Of a stretch of 54,476 nt of DNA, positions 46,064 through 53,816 are shown in pieces (within the stretch, counting starts at the first letter, position 1; each line of letters starts with the position of its first letter). This DNA comes from Deltaproteobacteria bacterium (GTDB taxonomy: Bacteria; Desulfobacterota; Dissulfuribacteria; Dissulfuribacterales; UBA3076). The notes beneath the pieces were generated by a model. It saw only the letters and a list, made by a program, of their open reading frames with translations, was not told the origin of the DNA and did not search any database. The stretch is from the NCBI GenBank assembly GCA_011042225.1, contig DQXT01000056.1:1-54476 (forward strand), in the 5' to 3' direction. A program made the position numbers and the translations under genes.

Positions 46064-46180
46064 TCATGCCTTCAAAGGCCAGCCGGCAATGGCGGCTCCC
46101 GGCACAGACAGAGTGCCCTCAAAAAAGGCGACCACCTTCTGACCCGGGGGCCCATTTTTTTCATCGGCTGCGCCTGGCAT
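46064..46180 (-). CDS. Possible 38-aa leader ORF upstream of the permease
   Basis: Translation: MPGAADEKNGPPGQKVVAFFEGTLSVPGAAIAGWPLKA. AAGGAG lies 8 nt upstream of the ATG. It sits between the operator copy and the permease gene. It could be a chance ORF in GC-rich DNA. Confidence 0.3.
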   Translation of the reverse strand: MPGAADEKNGPPGQKVVAFFEGTLSVPGAAIAGWPLKA

Positions 46181-46216
46181 AAAACAAACTCCTTTCACTC
46201 CCGAATAAATCTATAG

Positions 46217-46236
46217 TATCGAAATATAACGATATA
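46217..46236. promoter_or_regulatory. Putative ArsR-family operator, copy 1 (upstream of the leader ORF and permease)
   Basis: TATCGaAATATAACGATATA contains the dyad ATCG-N8-CGAT. It is identical at 19 of 20 positions to the copy upstream of the arsR-like gene. Confidence 0.5.
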
Positions 46237-46429
46237 ATAAGTACGTTAACAAAAAAACCCGAAACCCGGCGCTTTATTGCGAGGTTTAAGGAACAAATAC
46301 CGAAGCAACCTCATCTAAAAGGCAGGGGATTGCTTCAGTCGTACCATCCCTGCTATATCAGGGGTTTAGCTCTCAAAGAGAGAAAAAATATAATCTAGAG
46401 ACTTTCTGGTCAGTCATGATTTATGAAAT

Positions 46430-46774
46430 TTATTTTTTACAGATATTCTCACGTCTGATACTGGGCAAAAGGCCCGCCAACATCCGAATTTCCGGATCAT
46501 CCTCCAGCCAGTGTCTTAAGCCTCCGATCATCGTCGCCGCATAGGGGCTCTGTCCACCGTCCGCCACCCGGTAGTTAACCCACAATCCTTCTTTTTTGGA
46601 TGTGATCAGACCGGCATCCTCCAGGATCTGAAGGTGTTTGCTGGCCGTGGACTGGGCCACGGAGAGCGCGGCCTGGATTTCGCACACGCACATCTCCCGG
46701 TGCTGAAGCATTTTCATGATCTTGACTCGACTGGGATCGGACAGGGTCTTCATAACCTTTAAAAATGATTTCAT
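46430..46774 (-). CDS. ArsR/SmtB-family metalloregulatory transcription repressor
   Basis: Contains LSDPSRVKIMKML, the metal-site-like CVCEI motif, and the wHTH segment (SQSTASKHLQILEDAGLI). Confidence 0.9.
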   Translation of the reverse strand: MKSFLKVMKTLSDPSRVKIMKMLQHREMCVCEIQAALSVAQSTASKHLQILEDAGLITSKKEGLWVNYRVADGGQSPYAATMIGGLRHWLEDDPEIRMLAGLLPSIRRENICKK

Positions 46775-46803
46775 GGTTTCTCCTTACTTATAAATCGTAA
46801 TAT

Positions 46804-46822
46804 AACGATATATAAAACTCTG
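46804..46822. promoter_or_regulatory. Putative ArsR-family operator, copy 2 (autoregulatory position)
   Basis: ATCGtAATATAACGATATA lies 30-48 nt upstream of the arsR-like ATG. It shares the 14-mer AATATAACGATATA with copy 1 in the same orientation. Confidence 0.5.
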
Positions 46823-47155
46823 TCAATCTTTTGCCTTCATCAAAATAGTTTATGGGAAATCTCTCCGGGGATTAGGGAAATACCTTATTTTCTGCTCACA
46901 TTCAGGCGGAAAGAAAGGGCAGACGGGCCGAAGATTCATCGATTTTGAAGACCTGCGAGCCGGTACCGGCAGATACCGGCGCCCGGTTGAAAAATTTCCC
47001 CGGCATTGCTATTTTATTACAGCATATATCAAGGGAAAGCTTCAAAGGCCCATATAAGTAGGGTGATGATTCAAAAAGCAAGCGGCACTGGACTGGTCAA
47101 CCTGCTTGCCAATCCCTGAAAAGCGATTTCCCGTCACCTTTATTTATTTTCTATT

Positions 47156-47476
47156 ATGCACGAACAGGCATTTATCGATAAGATCATCGAACAGGCGAGT
47201 GCTCAAGGAGAGATAGAATCAGTTTTTCTTGAAATTGGGGAGCTTGCCCATGTCCCTGGCGAAGAGCTTGTCTCTTCCTTTCGGATACGTGTCTCCTGGA
47301 AAATTGATTGGAAAGAGATCCCTGCGCAGGTGGAGTGTGACTGTGGATTTTCCGGTCATCCGACCATTCTTGAACGCGGCCATGACCATTTCATGATTGA
47401 ATGTCCAAAATGCAAGGGTATGCCTGTCATAGTCGCCGGCACTGATATCAAACTCGTAAGCGTCAGGGTAAAATAG
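47156..47476 (+). CDS. hypA: Hydrogenase nickel-insertion protein HypA
   Basis: Contains the MHE N-terminus (Ni site) and the CDC...CPKC zinc site. 106 aa. Confidence 0.85.
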   Translation: MHEQAFIDKIIEQASAQGEIESVFLEIGELAHVPGEELVSSFRIRVSWKIDWKEIPAQVECDCGFSGHPTILERGHDHFMIECPKCKGMPVIVAGTDIKLVSVRVK

Positions 47477-47686
47477 ATGTGTCTCATGGTCCCTGGGAAA
47501 ATCATCTCTCTTGCTTCCGGCAGGGCTGTTGTTGATTACGGAACAGAGAAACGGGAAGGCATTATTGTTGAAGGAGATTATTCTGTTGGCGAGTACGTCC
47601 TTGTTCAGGGCGGCATCGTGATTCAGAAGATACCAAAAGAAGAAGCGGAAGAATCCCTCAAGCTCTATCAAAAAGTGTGTTCATGA
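47477..47686 (+). CDS. hypC: Hydrogenase assembly chaperone HypC/HupF family
   Basis: Has the MCLMVPGKII N-terminus with the essential Cys2. 69 aa. It starts immediately after the hypA stop. Confidence 0.85.
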   Translation: MCLMVPGKIISLASGRAVVDYGTEKREGIIVEGDYSVGEYVLVQGGIVIQKIPKEEAEESLKLYQKVCS

Positions 47687-48380
47687 CGTCTCTGACCTTC
47701 TTTGTATATCTTTTCAGATTCTCTTCCTGCTCTTTTGTAAGTATGTGTCCTGCATAGCCCCAGTGAATTGCCACCTTGTCTCCTTTTTTGATCCCAGGCA
47801 GCATAAGCTCGGAATAGACTATTGTCTTCATCTCGCCTTCTTTAAGAAAATATTCTTTTTCTTTTTTTAATACATTAGTCTTTACAATTATCTGAGTTTT
47901 AAAAACATCCAATACTTCTCCCCATGCTATCCTGCAGTTGTCCATGTTGCGTATGTTTGTTTCCACTGAACCTGTCGTCGCTCCGACACCGACAAACAGT
48001 ACATTGAAATCATGATGTGGTACAAAGCCTTCCGGCAGTCTCTCGATCAGCTTTTTGGCAAATGAAGGCGGAAGACCTCTTGTTGTCAGTTTTGTGATTA
48101 TCTTTCCACTATCTTCTTTATTGAATCCGTCAAGGAGTTCATTTCCTATCCAGTAGGCTTCAACTACTTCATAATCAAATGGATCTTTATTGTTCTTCTC
48201 TGCTATTGACTCAAAGTAAGGGTAGAGACCTTCAAATTTTCTGAATACCTCTTCCACCTCTTCCCTGTTATCCCTTTTTTCCAAATACCTCAGGAAAACC
48301 CCCTTTCCTTCTTTTGGTCCGCAGAACCGGAGGGAATTTGTGATAAATGAGAACCTGATCCCTAATTCAAGCCCATCCAT
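47658..48380 (-). CDS. Conserved hypothetical protein whose C-terminal 90 aa or so resemble HypC
   Basis: Residues 148-211 read NCRIAWGEVLDV...GIKKGDKVAIHWGYA. These parallel the HypC motifs MC[LI]x[IV]PGx[IV][VI]E[IV] and GDxVLVHxGFA. The first 145 aa or so are not recognised. The gene overlaps the EamA stop by 14 nt, and its last 29 nt overlap hypC convergently. Confidence 0.6.
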   Translation of the reverse strand: MDGLELGIRFSFITNSLRFCGPKEGKGVFLRYLEKRDNREEVEEVFRKFEGLYPYFESIAEKNNKDPFDYEVVEAYWIGNELLDGFNKEDSGKIITKLTTRGLPPSFAKKLIERLPEGFVPHHDFNVLFVGVGATTGSVETNIRNMDNCRIAWGEVLDVFKTQIIVKTNVLKKEKEYFLKEGEMKTIVYSELMLPGIKKGDKVAIHWGYAGHILTKEQEENLKRYTKKVRDVMNTLFDRA

Positions 48381-49272
48381 AACCTTTTGCCTTTAATGCT
48401 GTTGACGGGGGGTGTTCTGAAAGCCGGACGATTAAAATTATCCCCGTCACGATCAGCAGCATACCCGCTGCTTCATTTATCGTTACAGTTGCTCCCAGGA
48501 AAGACCAGGAGAGAATGGTTGTTATCGGTGCTCCCAGCGTGAGGATTGCAGCTGCAGTTGTGACCTTGATGAATTTTAAGCCGTTATAATATGTCAGGAC
48601 ATACAAGAGCAAAAATACATCACTAATCAATATCCACGTCCATTGTGATGTACTCACGGAAAAGAGGATACTGATTTTACCCGCTGCAGAAAGGAATGCG
48701 AGGATAAAAACGGATCCGAAGAACATCCTGCCAAAGGCCACTGTTGTTCCTGAGAGATCCCTGAGTACGTATTTTGCCAGGGTGTTTTCTATTGCCCAGA
48801 ACAGTGTTGCCGCAAGGATGAGGAGATTTCCCAGGGAGAATTTCAGTTCCGGCTGTATCATCACGTATGTTCCCCCCATCAGGAGGATCGCCCCTGCGAG
48901 TATGCCTTTTGTCATCTTCTCTTTCAGAAAGATCATTGCGAATACCGCGACATAGACAAACATCGTCTTGTGTATGAATGAGCCTGCTGCTCCGGTTGTC
49001 ATCTGTAGGCCTTTGAAAAAGAGAAGGAATGGTATCGAACCGCCCGCTAATCCAATTACAGTCAATTTCAGCCACTGATTTTTTGTGAGATTTTTCAGTT
49101 CCTTCCAGTTTCCAATTCCAAGGAGAATTGCAAAAAGCGAGACTGCTACAATGATATTTTTTGAAAAGGTGAATACAGATGAGTCAAATCCTTTTACGCC
49201 AAAACTGTTTATGAATATTGAAAACCCTGAGATGAGCGCGGTGCAGAACACAAGCACTATACCTTTATTCAT
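48367..49272 (-). CDS. DMT-superfamily (EamA-like) transporter
   Basis: 301 aa with 10 predicted hydrophobic helices and the two-EamA-repeat layout. Confidence 0.8.
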   Translation of the reverse strand: MNKGIVLVFCTALISGFSIFINSFGVKGFDSSVFTFSKNIIVAVSLFAILLGIGNWKELKNLTKNQWLKLTVIGLAGGSIPFLLFFKGLQMTTGAAGSFIHKTMFVYVAVFAMIFLKEKMTKGILAGAILLMGGTYVMIQPELKFSLGNLLILAATLFWAIENTLAKYVLRDLSGTTVAFGRMFFGSVFILAFLSAAGKISILFSVSTSQWTWILISDVFLLLYVLTYYNGLKFIKVTTAAAILTLGAPITTILSWSFLGATVTINEAAGMLLIVTGIILIVRLSEHPPSTALKAKGYGWA

Positions 49273-49637
49273 AGATATTTTATTATCTCCTCCTTAATCT
49301 TCTTTTTATCTCCACTCTCTGGAACCCCTATTATTTTTATCTTTTTTAACATTCCCAGCTGTTTCATCAGCTCAAGGAAATAGGCAACATCGAAATCATG
49401 CATCGAGACGAGTTTATTTATCTTCAGTTGAGCTGCATCAGTGATGACTGTTGTCTCTTTTACGTTCTTTATCACATCAAGGATAATGATCTCTTCTTCC
49501 TCTGCATCAAGGAGCAGGTCCGGTGTTGTGCAGAAGGTTATCTTTGCCTTTTCTTTCAATTCTTCCGCCATCTCTTTTGCAAAGGAATCACTTTTCAGAT
49601 ACTCATTTCCAAAGACGTACAGGTGCTTTAGAGCCAT
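49269..49637 (-). CDS. Hydrogenase maturation endopeptidase (HycI/FrhD-like)
   Basis: 122 aa with GNEYLKSD, IIILDV and SMHDF, which correspond to the E/D, D and H nickel-ligand positions. It overlaps the large-subunit stop by 10 nt. Confidence 0.7.
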   Translation of the reverse strand: MALKHLYVFGNEYLKSDSFAKEMAEELKEKAKITFCTTPDLLLDAEEEEIIILDVIKNVKETTVITDAAQLKINKLVSMHDFDVAYFLELMKQLGMLKKIKIIGVPESGDKKKIKEEIIKYL

Positions 49638-50899
49638 TTTACCTCAAGGAAGTGTGCAGAGCAGGAGAAGCAGGGATCGTAATTTCTTATAAGCTTCTCG
49701 ACATCCAATACAATCTCTTCTCTTTTCTTTTTCAGCAGGCTCGGCATCCTTTTTCTGATGTCTTCCTGCATCGCATAGAGGTTCTGTGCCGTTGGAGTGA
49801 TAATATTTGCATCTGTAATTGTCCCTCTTTCATCCAGGGTATAATCGTGCCAGAGTGTTCCTCTCGGCACCTCTATCGCGCCGACACCTCTTCCTGGCCT
49901 TGGCGTAATCTCAGGCATCTCTTCTTTTTTTATTTCCCCCTTGCATATCTCCATCGCATGATCGATGCAATGGATGAGTTCTATCGCCTGCGCGAGATTA
50001 TTATGATAGGGATTTTTTGATGGAAGCTTCAGGCCAGTATCTTTCAACGCCTTTTGTGCATCCTTTGAGAGTTGACGATGATTGTTATTAAGTCGTGCCA
50101 AGGCACTCACAAAATATCTATGATCTTCTTTTACTACAAAATTTGCTGTTGAATAGGATTGATGATATTCTTCAATGAACTTTCTGTATTCATGTTTTCC
50201 AAATGAGCTTTTTCCTGATGCGAATTTTCCGTTCAGGACCGCATATTCATTTGGATCAACAAGAGAGAACCACTCTGCGTCTGATTCAAATTCAGGCTGT
50301 CTTAAACCTGCAAAGAGCTTTACTGTCGCAATCGCGTCTTTCTTTACTTTCAGAAGCTCTTTTCCTGTCTCCTCCATTTCTTCCTGTCTTGGGAGTTTCA
50401 GCCATCCTCCGACCCCTGCGGAAACAGGATGAAGATCCCGTCCGCCTAAGAGCTTTACTACTCCATTTCCCATTTTCATCAATCGCAATGCCGACTGCAG
50501 CTGCGGCTTATATTCCGGTGCCATGGAAAGGGCGGATTCATATCCCAAATAGTCCGGAAGCGCAAGAAAATAGAGATGGGTCGCATGGCTTCTGATGCGT
50601 TCCGCAAGCGTAAGGAGGACCCTTAACCGGCAGGATTGTTCGGAAATTGTCAAACCAAGGGCGTCTTCTATTGCAGTCAATGCAGCAACAACGTGGGCAC
50701 AGCTGCAGATGCCGCAAATCCTGCTTGTCATCTCATGGGCGGCATAATACCTCCTTCCTTTCACAATGCCTTCAAAATACCTTGCCCCCTCAGTCGCCGA
50801 TAGTTCACAGGTCGTGATTTTTCCCTTTTCTATCTTGAGATTCAGCCTTGCATGGCCTTCAATTTTTGTGATATGATTCAACGTGATAGTCTTACTCAT
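49628..50899 (-). CDS. hydA: [NiFe] hydrogenase large subunit, group 3b (sulfhydrogenase alpha-like)
   Basis: Contains RICGICSCAH (L1) and DPCFSCSAH (L5), followed by a 7-aa cleavable tail. The start is set at MSKTITLNHITKIEGH (ATG complement 50897-50899). Confidence 0.9.
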   Translation of the reverse strand: MSKTITLNHITKIEGHARLNLKIEKGKITTCELSATEGARYFEGIVKGRRYYAAHEMTSRICGICSCAHVVAALTAIEDALGLTISEQSCRLRVLLTLAERIRSHATHLYFLALPDYLGYESALSMAPEYKPQLQSALRLMKMGNGVVKLLGGRDLHPVSAGVGGWLKLPRQEEMEETGKELLKVKKDAIATVKLFAGLRQPEFESDAEWFSLVDPNEYAVLNGKFASGKSSFGKHEYRKFIEEYHQSYSTANFVVKEDHRYFVSALARLNNNHRQLSKDAQKALKDTGLKLPSKNPYHNNLAQAIELIHCIDHAMEICKGEIKKEEMPEITPRPGRGVGAIEVPRGTLWHDYTLDERGTITDANIITPTAQNLYAMQEDIRKRMPSLLKKKREEIVLDVEKLIRNYDPCFSCSAHFLEVKWL

Positions 50900-51719
50900 A
50901 GAATTTCTTTTCTCCGTCAAATCTTGTCTGCAAAACCTTTGATTTTGATCCTTGCATGACTCTCTCAAGCATAGGCAGCTTCAGCCCTGCAAATGTCCGC
51001 ATACGGTCCTGAATGAACCTGTCGTCAAACCCCCTGTCTCTCAGTATCTTGATCATGAGCTCAAGATTCATATCTTTTGTCGGTCCTCTGCAACCCCAGC
51101 ATTCAAGGCCACCATTGATACATACTGCGTTGCAGCCTCCGGTTGTTATCGGCCCGAGGCAAGGTTTTCCTTCGTCCAGAAGACATGCATTTCCATTTCT
51201 TCTGCATTCGATGCAGACTGGATTCTGATGAGGTCTTGGAAGGACCCCCCTGACCGATCCCTTAATGAATCTGAGGATCTCTTTTTTATCCGGCGGACAG
51301 CCCGGGATGTAATAATCTACCTTTACATGTTCATCATGGGGACTTGGTTCTATGTCCTGCAACTCCTCTTGCCTTTTATACAGAAGGTGTTCATAGTTCT
51401 CTTTCAGTGTGAAGTGACGATATGCAGGCACACAACCTGTGCATGCACAGGCACCGAGGGAAATAAGCATCTTGCTGTTCTTTCTTAATTTCCGGAGAAT
51501 TTCAAGATCCAATTTATTTGCAACAAGGCCTTCCAGGATTACGTAGTCGAACTCTTCGTCGGTATTCAATTCCTTGATGAAGGGAAATGCCTTAAGATCA
51601 ATCAGGCTTAGGAGATCCAGAATCTCTTCTTCATTGAAGATGATGGAGAGCTGACAGCCGGCACAGCCGGTAATTCCATATACTCCTACTTTGAGCTTTT
51701 TGTTTTTACTCATTTTCAA
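50892..51719 (-). CDS. hydD: [NiFe] hydrogenase small subunit, group 3b (delta-like, NuoB fold)
   Basis: Contains GITGCAGCQ, GACACTGC and GCPP cluster ligands, plus the C-terminal extra Cys motifs (CIECR, GGCNAVC). Confidence 0.85.
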   Translation of the reverse strand: MKMSKNKKLKVGVYGITGCAGCQLSIIFNEEEILDLLSLIDLKAFPFIKELNTDEEFDYVILEGLVANKLDLEILRKLRKNSKMLISLGACACTGCVPAYRHFTLKENYEHLLYKRQEELQDIEPSPHDEHVKVDYYIPGCPPDKKEILRFIKGSVRGVLPRPHQNPVCIECRRNGNACLLDEGKPCLGPITTGGCNAVCINGGLECWGCRGPTKDMNLELMIKILRDRGFDDRFIQDRMRTFAGLKLPMLERVMQGSKSKVLQTRFDGEKKFYE

Positions 51720-52527
51720 GATCTTTTATCTCATCATATCTAAACACCGGTCCATCCACGCAGGTGAACTTGCCTTTTATCATGCAGTGACAGCATACAC
51801 CAAGGGCACAGTACATCAGGCGTTCTGTTGAGAGAAATATCTGATCATCGTTGAATCCTTTGTCTTTCAGGGACCTTATCACGAACTTCATCATGACTGG
51901 AGGACCGCAGACAAAGGCTATCTGATTGTTGTTTGATATATCCATTGATTCGAGCGCATCGGTCACAAATCCTTCTTTCGCTCCGTAGCAAAACTTTCCA
52001 TGAGTGTTTTGATCGACAGTCACCTGAAGATTATATCTATTCTTCCATTCCAATAACTCCCGCTGAAATAATATATCATCCGGGGAACGGTATCCCAGCA
52101 GGAGAGTCAGGTCTTTATAATCTCTCCTGTGGTTTTCTGCGTAATCAATGATTCCTTTGAGGGGAGCCACGCCGCAACCACCACCTATGATCAGAAGGCT
52201 GTTTCCCTTCAGGTATCTCATGGGATATCCTTTACCATAGGGCCCGCGTATGAAGACCGTATCTCCCTGCTCAAGTTTTGAAAGCGCTATGGTCACATTG
52301 CCTACTTCTCTTATGTTTAACTGGATATATTCTCTTGAATCAGAACAGATGCTTATCGGGCATTCTCCGATTCCAAGGAGGCCCACCTGGACAAATTGGC
52401 CGGGATCATGATCTATCTCCATATCTGCCTTGACGGTAAAGCTGTCGGATGTCTCTCTATAGAACTCCAGAATCTTATACGGCTTTGGCAGGTATGGATT
52501 TTCAACCGTTGTTTTCTGTTTTGCCAT
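51706..52527 (-). CDS. hydG: Hydrogenase gamma subunit (FAD/NAD(P)-binding, PyrK-like 2Fe-2S)
   Basis: Has a ferredoxin-reductase fold (LLIIGGGCGVAPL) and the C-terminal CALGVCCHC...C cluster. Confidence 0.85.
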   Translation of the reverse strand: MAKQKTTVENPYLPKPYKILEFYRETSDSFTVKADMEIDHDPGQFVQVGLLGIGECPISICSDSREYIQLNIREVGNVTIALSKLEQGDTVFIRGPYGKGYPMRYLKGNSLLIIGGGCGVAPLKGIIDYAENHRRDYKDLTLLLGYRSPDDILFQRELLEWKNRYNLQVTVDQNTHGKFCYGAKEGFVTDALESMDISNNNQIAFVCGPPVMMKFVIRSLKDKGFNDDQIFLSTERLMYCALGVCCHCMIKGKFTCVDGPVFRYDEIKDLENE

Positions 52528-53494
52528 TCTTCATCTCATTCAGTATCCTGACAAAATCAATCCTTGTAGGGCAGCCCTCGATACACCTGCCGCAGCCTAC
52601 ACACATCTGTACACCATATTTTTCCTTGAAATATTGCAGTTGATGGTAGATTCTGTGTTTGAACCTGTCTTCTCTTTCTTTTCTGAATATGTGGTCTCCT
52701 GCCACTCTTGTGAATTCCTGGAGCTGACAGGAGCTCCACTCCCTTCTTCGTTCTCCTTTGCATGGATCCGCTGTCTTCACTTCATCATGGATCTCAAAAC
52801 AATAACAGGTTGGGCAGAGTGTTGTGCAGGCGCCGCAGGAAAGACAGATGTCTGCACCCTTTTTCCAGTCCTGGTGATCGTAGAATCCGGATATGTCCTT
52901 ATTCTCCAGCCTGTGAACTCCGGGAATCCTTTTCTCATTCTGGGTTATGAGGCGCTGTGAATCCGTGAAAAATTCCCGGTATTTTTCCGCGAGTGATTTT
53001 CCTCTTTCTGAGCCTACTTCTACCAAAAAATGATCTTCTTTATCAAAAAACATGAGATCGAAGAAATCCACAAGGTCCAATGATCCACAGAAACAATAGG
53101 GTGAAGGGGCTGTATTGCAGTGATATCCCAGCAGGTAGGAGTTTTCCCGCGCTGCTTTGTAATAGGGATCTCCCATATCGCCGATAAACACTATGTCTTG
53201 ATTTTTTATCGCATTCAGATCGCAGCGCCTCAAACCAAAGAACATGCGTTTTTTGGCCGCGTATGCCGGTACTGTTATACTGGTACCTCTGAACTGAAAG
53301 AGTGTCTCTTCTTTCCTGAAGAAGTACTCTTTTACCGGAAAGTAGGACTGCTTCTCAAGATAGATCTCTTCTGCATGGTATATTTTTGAGAATCTTACCA
53401 GGTCGGACTTTACTGGCGCAATGATCTCAAAGCCCTTTTTCACCACATCCAGAAAATGGAGCAGCCTCTTTTTTTCTAAACGTAAAACCTGCAT
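52502..53494 (-). CDS. hydB: Hydrogenase beta subunit (4Fe-4S dicluster, AsrA-like)
   Basis: Contains CLSCGACTTLCPTCYC and CVGCGRCIEGCP. Confidence 0.85.
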   Translation of the reverse strand: MQVLRLEKKRLLHFLDVVKKGFEIIAPVKSDLVRFSKIYHAEEIYLEKQSYFPVKEYFFRKEETLFQFRGTSITVPAYAAKKRMFFGLRRCDLNAIKNQDIVFIGDMGDPYYKAARENSYLLGYHCNTAPSPYCFCGSLDLVDFFDLMFFDKEDHFLVEVGSERGKSLAEKYREFFTDSQRLITQNEKRIPGVHRLENKDISGFYDHQDWKKGADICLSCGACTTLCPTCYCFEIHDEVKTADPCKGERRREWSSCQLQEFTRVAGDHIFRKEREDRFKHRIYHQLQYFKEKYGVQMCVGCGRCIEGCPTRIDFVRILNEMKNGKTENNG

Positions 53495-53611
53495 ATACGG
53501 ATTTAAAGACGGTATTTATTTATAAGGTCATGATAACGAGTCGAAAAAAACTTAACTTTGTCTGTAAGGCACAGGAAACATATATAAATTCTTCAATCAA
53601 TATTTGAAGTT

Positions 53612-53785
53612 ATGGCAAATGGGAAAGGGATCAAATTCTATCTTGGAATATTTATTATTGTAATTGCTGTAATAGAACTCGTCAAACTTAGCATACTTTC
53701 AAGGAGACCTCTGAGAAACTTTCTAGCTAATTTAAAAACATACCTAATACTAATATCTTGCTATATATTACTCAATATTATATAA
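53612..53785 (+). CDS. Possible 57-aa hydrophobic peptide
   Basis: Own translation: MANGKGIKFYLGIFIIVIAVIELVKLSILSRRPLRNFLANLKTYLILISCYILLNII. It has two hydrophobic stretches. It is an open frame in very AT-rich DNA, where stops are frequent. There is no convincing ribosome-binding site. Confidence 0.25.
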   Translation: MANGKGIKFYLGIFIIVIAVIELVKLSILSRRPLRNFLANLKTYLILISCYILLNII

Positions 53786-53816
53786 TCTCTCTGAATCCAA
53801 TTCAGGAGAGATAACG

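Noticed and set aside
47093-47110. Sigma-54-like element CTGGTCAACCTGCTTGCC upstream of hypA, and similar TGGCA...TGCA strings at 12884-12904 and 21168-21180.
   Set aside because: The GG-to-GC spacing is off by 1 to 4 nt from the strict -24/-12 geometry, and the -24 element is imperfect. Sigma-54 promoters do not tolerate such spacing changes.
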